Positions 54,164-60,298 of a stretch of 60,298 nt of DNA are shown piece by piece. Every line of letters begins with the position of its first letter. Positions within the stretch are counted from its first letter, which is position 1. The position numbers and the translations under genes are program-made. A model generated the notes under the pieces. The model worked only from the letters and a program-made list of their open reading frames with translations, ran no database searches and was not told where the DNA came from. Origin of the DNA: Pseudonocardiaceae bacterium (GTDB taxonomy: Bacteria; Actinomycetota; Actinomycetes; Mycobacteriales; Pseudonocardiaceae); the NCBI GenBank assembly GCA_036500685.1, contig DASYBO010000363.1, forward strand, positions 1 through 60,298, written 5' to 3'.

Positions 54164-55810
54164 TCAGTGCTGGTGGAACGCCTCGGCGAGCCACCACGCG
54201 CCGCCGTCGCCCGCGATCTTCGCGTCGACGACCAGCGGCGTGCTCCTGTCCCCGGCCAGCCAGTCGCCGACCCCGCTCAGATCGCCTTCGGTGCGCACGG
54301 TGAGTCCGGTCGCCCCGAAGCCCGCGCCGATCGCGGCGATGTCGGTTTCCGGGAAACGCACGGTCGCCAGCTCGTCGTCGGTGCTGTCGGTGAAGTGGTG
54401 CACCTCGGCGCCGTAGGCGCTGTCGTTGTACACGACGACCACCATCGGCAAACCCAGCCGCACCAGCGTGTCCATCTCGGCCACGCCCATCAGGAACCCG
54501 CCGTCGCCGACCGCCGCGACCGTCAGCCGATCCGGACGGGCCAGCGCGGCGCCGATCGCGGTGGCAAGGCCGAGGCCGATCGACTGGAACGCCTGCGTGA
54601 AACAGAAACCGTACTCGTCGGGAACGCGGAGGTAGGCGCTCGGATAGCCCATGAAGTTGCCGGAATCGACCGCGAGGAGGCGCTGCGCCGGCAGCAGTTC
54701 GTCGAGCCGCGCGCTGAGCCTGCGCGGGTCGATTCGCTCCTCAGTGGACAGATCCTGGTAGGGCACGTCGCGCCAGCGGATCTCGGCCGCGATCCGGTCG
54801 CGTAGCTCGTCGCTTCGGTAGCCGCTCCCGGAATGGCCTCGACGGGTCAGTTCGGCGTGCAGGTCACGCGCGGTCTGGCCGACGTCGCCGAGCACGCCAA
54901 GGTCGATCGGGCGGTCGGCGCCGAGCGCGGACTGCTCGACGTCGACCTGCGCCACCGTCGCGTCCGGCCCGATCAGCCTGCCGTGGCGCATCGTCCACAT
55001 GTTGAGCGCGCAGCCCCAACCGACGATCAGGTCGGCGCCGCTGATCAGCTCGGCGGCCAGCGGCGACGCGAACCCGCCCGAGATGCCCAGCGACCATGGG
55101 TCGTCGTGGAAAAGGCCGTTGGCGACGGCCGAGGTCGCCACCAGTGCGCCTGCCAACTCGGCCAGTTCACGCAACGGAGCCGCGGCGGCCCGCGCGCCCC
55201 GGCCCGCTACGAACACCGGCCGCCGCGCACGGACTATTGCGTCGGCGAGCGCGGCAACAGCCGTGGCGTTCGGCCGGATCGCGCCGAATGGTTCGGGCGG
55301 CGCAATGTCGCCCGGCCCCTCGACCTGCTGTACCTGTACGTCCAGCGGCAGGTTGAGCACGACGGTCCTGCGCTCCCGTACGGCCGTGGTGTAGGCGCGG
55401 ACGGTGTCGGCGACCGCGGTCTCCGCCGAATAGACGCGTTCGGCGACCGCGCCGACCGACCGCGCGGCCGCGTCCTGGTCGATGCGGAAGTTCGACCGCA
55501 CCGCGCCGTTCGCGGTGTCCGCGGTGAGCACGAGCAGCGGGGTGCGGCTCTTGGCCGCCTCCCCGAGGCCGGTCAACGCGTTGGTGAACCCGCAGCCTTG
55601 GTGGGTCGACACCACCGCGACCCGCCCGCTCATCCGCGCGTACGCGTCGGCCATGGTGATCGCGCCGCCCTCGTGCCGGGACGCGACGAACGGCACGCCC
55701 TGCGCCCGCAACGCGTTGGTGACCGCGAAGTTTCCGCTGCCCACCACGCCGAAGGCGTGCGCGGCGCCGAGCCGGGCGATCGTCGTGCCGACGAGCCGCG
55801 CGACGTCCAC
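54164..55810 (-). CDS. Thiamine-diphosphate-dependent enzyme (ALS/decarboxylase-like)
   Basis: 'RHEGGA..MADAYAR', ThDP motif 'GDGG...YND..YG'. Confidence 0.92.
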   Translation of the reverse strand: MDVARLVGTTIARLGAAHAFGVVGSGNFAVTNALRAQGVPFVASRHEGGAITMADAYARMSGRVAVVSTHQGCGFTNALTGLGEAAKSRTPLLVLTADTANGAVRSNFRIDQDAAARSVGAVAERVYSAETAVADTVRAYTTAVRERRTVVLNLPLDVQVQQVEGPGDIAPPEPFGAIRPNATAVAALADAIVRARRPVFVAGRGARAAAAPLRELAELAGALVATSAVANGLFHDDPWSLGISGGFASPLAAELISGADLIVGWGCALNMWTMRHGRLIGPDATVAQVDVEQSALGADRPIDLGVLGDVGQTARDLHAELTRRGHSGSGYRSDELRDRIAAEIRWRDVPYQDLSTEERIDPRRLSARLDELLPAQRLLAVDSGNFMGYPSAYLRVPDEYGFCFTQAFQSIGLGLATAIGAALARPDRLTVAAVGDGGFLMGVAEMDTLVRLGLPMVVVVYNDSAYGAEVHHFTDSTDDELATVRFPETDIAAIGAGFGATGLTVRTEGDLSGVGDWLAGDRSTPLVVDAKIAGDGGAWWLAEAFHQH

Positions 55811-55813
55811 CGC

Positions 55814-56593
55814 TCAGCCCTCGCGTTCGACGAGCGCGAGCACCCTGGCCGGGCTGCCCGAACCGCCCACGATCGGCAACGGCGAGACCATCAGCACCGC
55901 GCCGGTGGCCGGCAGCGCGGCGAGGTTCTGCAACTGGGTCAGCCCGAACTTGCCCGCGCCGAGCAGGAAATGGTGGCAGGGGAACGGCGGATCGAGCGCG
56001 GGCGCGCCACCGGCGTCGGTGCCGACCGTCTCGACGCCGAGACCGGCGATGGGGGTCTGTTCGGCCAGCCACTGGGCGCATTCGGCCGAAATGCCGGGCG
56101 TGTGCGAACCGGCGTCGTCGGCGTTGAGGAATTGGTCCTGATCGGTCGAGCGCGTGTCCCAGCCTGTGCGGTAGAGCAGCCAGCCGCCCTCGGGCAGCGG
56201 GCCGTGCTCGTCGATCCACCGCAGCACGTCGTCCTTGGTCAGCAAGAAGTCTGGATTTGCGGCGACGCGGTCCGCGACGTCGAGGACGACGGCGGGAGCG
56301 AGCAGGGTCGGCAGCGGAACCTGCGAGATGTCCTTTCCGTCCCGGCCGGATACCCAGTGGTTCGGCGCGTCCATGTGGGTTCCGGTGTGCTCACCGGTGT
56401 GGATGTCGTTCCAGTACCAGCGCGGCCCTCGGTCGTCGTAGCGGCTGATTTCCTCCAGCCGGAACGGAATCGTGTTGGCGAAGGGCTCCGGCAGTCGCAG
56501 GACCGGGGTGGTCGCGGTGAGTGGAGCGGTGAGATCGACCATCTCCAGCCTCCCCGAACCGATCGCCGCGAGCAACTCGGTCAGCACTGGCAT
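55814..56593 (-). CDS. Cyclase-family amidohydrolase (isatin hydrolase/kynurenine formamidase-like)
   Basis: AGGAGG RBS; 'EEISRYDDRGP.W.W', HxGTHxDAPxH, 'ETVGTDAG', 'GSGSP.RVLA'. Confidence 0.9.
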   Translation of the reverse strand: MPVLTELLAAIGSGRLEMVDLTAPLTATTPVLRLPEPFANTIPFRLEEISRYDDRGPRWYWNDIHTGEHTGTHMDAPNHWVSGRDGKDISQVPLPTLLAPAVVLDVADRVAANPDFLLTKDDVLRWIDEHGPLPEGGWLLYRTGWDTRSTDQDQFLNADDAGSHTPGISAECAQWLAEQTPIAGLGVETVGTDAGGAPALDPPFPCHHFLLGAGKFGLTQLQNLAALPATGAVLMVSPLPIVGGSGSPARVLALVEREG

Positions 56594-56607
56594 GGTCAGC
56601 CTCCTAC

Positions 56608-56646
56608 TTTTAGTAGAGGTAAAAGATTTTAGCACCACTATTGACA
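56608..56646. promoter_or_regulatory. AT-rich operator/promoter between the cyclase and permease genes
   Basis: Perfect TTTTA-N7-TAAAA (56608-56624) next to TTTTA...TTGACA. Confidence 0.55.
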
Positions 56647-56726
56647 CCGGCGCCCCGGACTCGGATGCTCCAAGCACCGATCGACACGCCTCCCCACGAT
56701 AGCGGCCGGCAGAGAAGAGGGTGCGA

Positions 56727-58112
56727 GTGTCCACGATGGAGGAGCACGATTCCGGCGGACTGCGCAGATCGCTGACCGGCCGGCAGATGTCCATGATCGG
56801 CCTCGGCGGCGCGATCGGCACCGGTCTGTTCCTCGGCTCCGGCCTCGCCATCTCCCAGGCCGGCCCGGGCACCATCCTCGCGTACGTCGTATGTGCGCTG
56901 GTCGCGCTGGTGATCGCCTGGGCGCTGGCCGAAATGGTGGTGGTACACCCGATGGCCGGTGCGTTCGGCGCCATCGCCCACACCTACCTCGGTCCCTGGG
57001 TCGGGTTCGTGCTGCGCTGGACGTACTGGACGATCCAGGTGATCGCGGTCGGCGGCGAGGTCATCGCCGCCGGCATCTACCTCCAGTTCTGGTGGCCATC
57101 GCTCCCGCTGTGGCTGCCGGTCGTGGTGTTCTCCGTCGTGGTGCTGGCCGCGAACGCGGCGGCGGTGAAGTTCTTCGGCACCGCGGAGTACTGGCTCTCG
57201 GCCATCAAGGTCGCCGCGATCATCGTGTTCATCCTGCTCGGTCTCATCCTCGTGTTCGTCGGCCTGCCCAAGGCGCAGCCAACGGGCCTTGCCAACCTCA
57301 CGGCGCACGGCGGCTTCCTGCCGCACGGCATCGGCGGACTGTTCCTGGCCATGGTGTTCGTGCTGTTCAGCTACATCGGTACCGAGGTCGTGTCGATCAC
57401 CGCGGCCGAATCGGCCGATCCGGCCCGCGACGTGCCGCGTGCGGTGCGCAGGATGGTGCTGCGGCTGGTGCTGTTCTACGTTCTTGCCATAGCCATCGTG
57501 CTGACCGTGGTGCCGTGGACCGAGATCTCGCAGGGTGGCACGGTGACCGCGAGCCCGTTCGTCCGCGTGTTCGCCGGCGCCGGCATCCCCGCCGCCGCTG
57601 CGATCACCAACTTCGTCGTGCTCACCGCCGCACTCTCCAGCGCGAACACGAACCTCTACCTGACCACGAGGATGCTGCACTCCCTGGCCAAGGACGGCTA
57701 TGCGCCGGCCAGGGTCGGGCGACTGAGCCGCTCCGGCGTGCCGAGGGACGCGCTCGTCCTGTCCGCCATCGGCCTCGCCCTGGCGGCGGTGGTGTCGGTC
57801 GTCGCCGCCGACAGTGCCTATGTCGCCCTGTTCGGTGTTTCGATCTTCGGCGCGCTCGTCGTCTGGATCCTGATCCTGTTGACCCACTGGAAGTTCCGGC
57901 GCACCCGGCGCGCGCAGGGCCAACCGGACTCGCCGGTGCGGTTGTGGGGCGCCCGCGTCACCGTGCCGCTGGCCATCCTGTTCCTGGTCGCGGTGACCCT
58001 GTCCACGCCGTTCATCAGCGGGTTGGGGTCGGCGTGGGAGGCGGGCGTCCCGTTCTTCGCGCTGCTGTCGATCGCTTATCTGGTCGTGCGGCGCAGGCAG
58101 CGGGCGCGGTAA
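56727..58112 (+). CDS. Amino-acid permease (APC/AAT family)
   Basis: 'LRRSL..RQMSMIGLGGAIGTGLFLGSG', 'FSYIGTE', 'SPFV', 'ALSSAN'; start 56727 or 56736. Confidence 0.93.
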   Translation: MSTMEEHDSGGLRRSLTGRQMSMIGLGGAIGTGLFLGSGLAISQAGPGTILAYVVCALVALVIAWALAEMVVVHPMAGAFGAIAHTYLGPWVGFVLRWTYWTIQVIAVGGEVIAAGIYLQFWWPSLPLWLPVVVFSVVVLAANAAAVKFFGTAEYWLSAIKVAAIIVFILLGLILVFVGLPKAQPTGLANLTAHGGFLPHGIGGLFLAMVFVLFSYIGTEVVSITAAESADPARDVPRAVRRMVLRLVLFYVLAIAIVLTVVPWTEISQGGTVTASPFVRVFAGAGIPAAAAITNFVVLTAALSSANTNLYLTTRMLHSLAKDGYAPARVGRLSRSGVPRDALVLSAIGLALAAVVSVVAADSAYVALFGVSIFGALVVWILILLTHWKFRRTRRAQGQPDSPVRLWGARVTVPLAILFLVAVTLSTPFISGLGSAWEAGVPFFALLSIAYLVVRRRQRAR

Positions 58113-58152
58113 GGGCCTTACCGCCACCCTTTGTCGGATCTCCCGAAATCGG

Positions 58153-58315
58153 GGCGAGGCGATGATCTCCACCCACGCCCGCAACTTCCCCGGTCGCAAC
58201 GGCAGCGCGAAGGCGTCCATGTACCTGGCATCCGCCGCGACCGTCGCCGCATCCGCTGCGGCCGGCGGGCGGCCTGATCGCGCTGGCCGACCAGCGCGCC
58301 GACCTGTTCGGCTGA
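58153..58315 (+). pseudogene. Collapsed aconitase-family (LeuC/LeuD-like) operon remnant
   Basis: GEAMISTHARNFPGRNGSAKASMYLASAATVAASAAAG matches a large-subunit C-terminus; a shifted frame then reads GGLIALADQRADLFG*, like a small-subunit end. Confidence 0.8.
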
Positions 58316-58344
58316 TCGTCGGGCGGGGCGGCCACACTGGCCGC

Positions 58345-59751
58345 ATGAGACACCGGACACCGCTGGGCCGAATCCGGATGATCGGCGCCTTGGCCGTACT
58401 GGCGTGCGCGGCCGGCTGCACGAGCGCGCCGGCAGCCACGCAGGCCGCTCCGCCGCTGAAGCCGACCACCGCCGCACCCCCGGTGACCAGCGGTTCGGCG
58501 GTCGCACCCGCACCAGCGGACTGGCCGACCTACCACAAGGACAACGCCCGCTCGGGCAACGCGACCGACCTCGCGCCCGTGTCCGCCCTGACCACCGCTT
58601 GGCACGCGGTACTCGACGGCGCCGTGTACGGCGAGCCGCTGGTCGTCGGAACCGACGTCCTCGCCGCGACCGAGAACGACACCGTCTACGCCCTCGACCC
58701 GGCCACCGGAAAAGTCCGCTGGCAGGACCACCTCGGCACACCGGTTCCCAAATCCAGCCTGCCCTGCGGGGATGTCGACCCGCTCGGCATCACCAGCACC
58801 ATGGCCTACGACGCCGGCACCGGTCGCGTTTTCGCGCTGGCTGAGACAACGGGCGGCCAGCACACCCTCTACGGCATCAACGCGGCAACCGGCGCGATCG
58901 AGGTCAAGGTGGACGCCCAGCCGCGAGTCGGGACGGGCATCGCCACCCAACAGCGGTCCGCCCTCACCGTCAGCAACGGTCGGGTGTACATCTCTTACGG
59001 CGGCCTGTTCGGCGACTGCGGCGACTACATCGGCTCGGTCGTGTCCACCACGACCGGCGGAACCGCTCCGATCAGCTACGCGATCCCGACCAGCCGCGAA
59101 GGCGGGATGTGGGCACCCGGCGGCGCCGTGCTTGACGGCGACCGGCTGCTCTACGCGGTCGGCAACGGAGCCTCCACCGGCGGCGCCTACGACGGCAGCG
59201 ACTCGGTCATCGCGTTGTCCCCGGACACCCTGAACCGGCTCGATTTCTGGGCGCCCGCCTCGTGGCCGACCGACAACGCGCAAGATCTGGATCTCGGCTC
59301 GTCATCCCCGGTGCTCGTCGGCTCCCACGTGCTGACCACCGGCAAACGGCCGACCACCTACGTACTGGATCAGGCGCGGCTCGGCGGCGTCGGTGGCTCC
59401 GCCGTTTCCCTCGGCACCTGCCGCGCATTCGGCGGCGCCTCGGTCGCCGGCAACACGGTGTACCTGCCGTGCCGAGGTAGCTCGGTGCAGGCGGTGACCA
59501 TCGCCGCGAGCGGCACCCCCACCGTCGCCTGGACAGCGCCCGGCGGCGTATCCGGTTCGCCGGTCATCGGCGGCGGCGCGGTGTGGGTGGTCGACCCCAA
59601 CGGCACGCTGCACGCGCTCGACCAGGCAACCGGAACCGCGCGCGGACAGGTCGCGCTCGGCCCGGTCCCGCATTTCGCGTCGCCGACGCTGGTCGGCCAG
59701 CATGCTTACGTCGGCACGATGGACGGGGTGGTCGCGATCGGCGGTGCCTGA
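58345..59751 (+). CDS. PQQ-like beta-propeller lipoprotein
   Basis: Lipobox AAGC; 'DWPTYH.DNARSG', 'VYALDPATGKVRW', 'DLDLGS..P', 'LHALD..TG'. Confidence 0.85.
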   Translation: MRHRTPLGRIRMIGALAVLACAAGCTSAPAATQAAPPLKPTTAAPPVTSGSAVAPAPADWPTYHKDNARSGNATDLAPVSALTTAWHAVLDGAVYGEPLVVGTDVLAATENDTVYALDPATGKVRWQDHLGTPVPKSSLPCGDVDPLGITSTMAYDAGTGRVFALAETTGGQHTLYGINAATGAIEVKVDAQPRVGTGIATQQRSALTVSNGRVYISYGGLFGDCGDYIGSVVSTTTGGTAPISYAIPTSREGGMWAPGGAVLDGDRLLYAVGNGASTGGAYDGSDSVIALSPDTLNRLDFWAPASWPTDNAQDLDLGSSSPVLVGSHVLTTGKRPTTYVLDQARLGGVGGSAVSLGTCRAFGGASVAGNTVYLPCRGSSVQAVTIAASGTPTVAWTAPGGVSGSPVIGGGAVWVVDPNGTLHALDQATGTARGQVALGPVPHFASPTLVGQHAYVGTMDGVVAIGGA

Positions 59752-59754
59752 CCT

Positions 59755-59837
59755 TCAGGGCAGGGACCACTGCTGGTTCGCGCCGCCGTCGCAGGTCCAC
59801 AGGTCGGCCGCGGTGCCGTTGACGATGTTCTGGTCAT
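59755..59837 (-). pseudogene. Micro-remnant of a ricin-B-lectin protein gene
   Basis: GAGGAG RBS + ATG ACC AGA ACA, then out of frame NIVNGTAADLWTCDGGANQQWSLP*. Confidence 0.75.
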
Positions 59838-59896
59838 GCTGAAGTTGCTCCTCGAACAGGGACGTCTGCCTTGGCTATCCGCCAGCCGCGCCGCGA

Positions 59897-60298
59897 TCAG
59901 CCCCAATAGCTGGTGAAGTTGTTCTGGAAATCCCAGTTGTTGAAGTGGTCCCAGTTGATCGACCACGTCATCAGGCCGCCGAGGTCCGGGTGGACGCCGT
60001 GCGTCTGGTAGCTGCCACAGCTGCTGCCCTTGGTCAGGCAGTCCAGGGCCTGGTCGAGGTTGGCGTCGGGAATCCAGCCGTTGCCGGCCTCGGAGTTCGC
60101 CGGCACGCCGATCGCGACCTGGGACGGTGCCAGCGCGGGGAACATCTCGTTGCTGTTGCCGGCGACCGGGAAACCGGCGAGCAGCATGTCGGTCATGGCG
60201 ATGTGGAAGTCGGCGCCGCCCATCGTGTGGTACTGATTGTCCAGCCCCATGATCGGTCCGGAGTTGTAGTCCTGCACGGTGAGCAGGCTCAGGTCGCC
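59897..60298 (-). CDS. GH18 chitinase, 3' part (runs off the window)
   Basis: 'VQDYNSGPIMGLDNQYH.MG.ADFHIAMTDMLL.GFPV', 'GLMTWSINWD'. Confidence 0.9.
   Translation of the reverse strand, partial: GDLSLLTVQDYNSGPIMGLDNQYHTMGGADFHIAMTDMLLAGFPVAGNSNEMFPALAPSQVAIGVPANSEAGNGWIPDANLDQALDCLTKGSSCGSYQTHGVHPDLGGLMTWSINWDHFNNWDFQNNFTSYWG

Noticed and set aside
58162-59751. Genuine aconitase-PQQ propeller fusion protein
   Set aside because: Only the last ~35 residues of LeuC are present, and a lipoprotein signal begins at 58345; the in-frame join appears accidental.
1-60298. CRISPR arrays, IS/transposase, integrase, prophage, tRNA/rRNA
   Set aside because: I saw no regularly spaced repeats and no DDE, recombinase or phage motifs; the intergenic gaps are short and show no cloverleaf signatures. 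Not confirmed by tools.
1-60298. Numerous long overlapping ORFs in the track (e.g. 18134-20683 -, 44636-46855 -, 56610-58469 -, 54833-56632 +)
   Set aside because: Shadow frames of real genes in high-GC DNA: Arg/Ala/Pro-rich and without family motifs.

Overview
A 60.3 kb window of high-GC actinomycete chromosome. Gene style suggests Pseudonocardiales, but that is my inference. It is a densely packed accessory/metabolic region of about 58 apparently intact genes. I saw no rRNA, tRNA, CRISPR array, transposase or integrase. Main blocks: (1) SDR + ECF sigma-SnoaL; (2) FadR-controlled enolase-family / sugar-ABC / secreted beta-helix+2xCBM32 operon; (3) NarL-type two-component system behind a collapsed ABC operon, plus an MFS exporter; (4) an orphan three-gene type VII secretion (WXG100/PPE-like) substrate cassette; (5) secreted S53 proteases and GH19/GH18 chitinases, two with DasR-like boxes; (6) a cupredoxin lipoprotein and two Tat-linked ferritin-like proteins driven by back-to-back SigK-like promoters; (7) a TetR-controlled SDR / hydantoinase-acetone-carboxylase-like / CoA ligase / BVMO operon; (8) an XRE-cupin-controlled kynureninase-like / ThDP / isatin-hydrolase-like / permease cluster. 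Many intergenic gaps hold short 'ghosts' of genes whose middles were deleted (ABC, TrpRS, SDR, LeuCD, ricin). The best candidates for undescribed systems are blocks 6, 7, 4 and 8. All family calls come from motif recognition by eye, not database searches.
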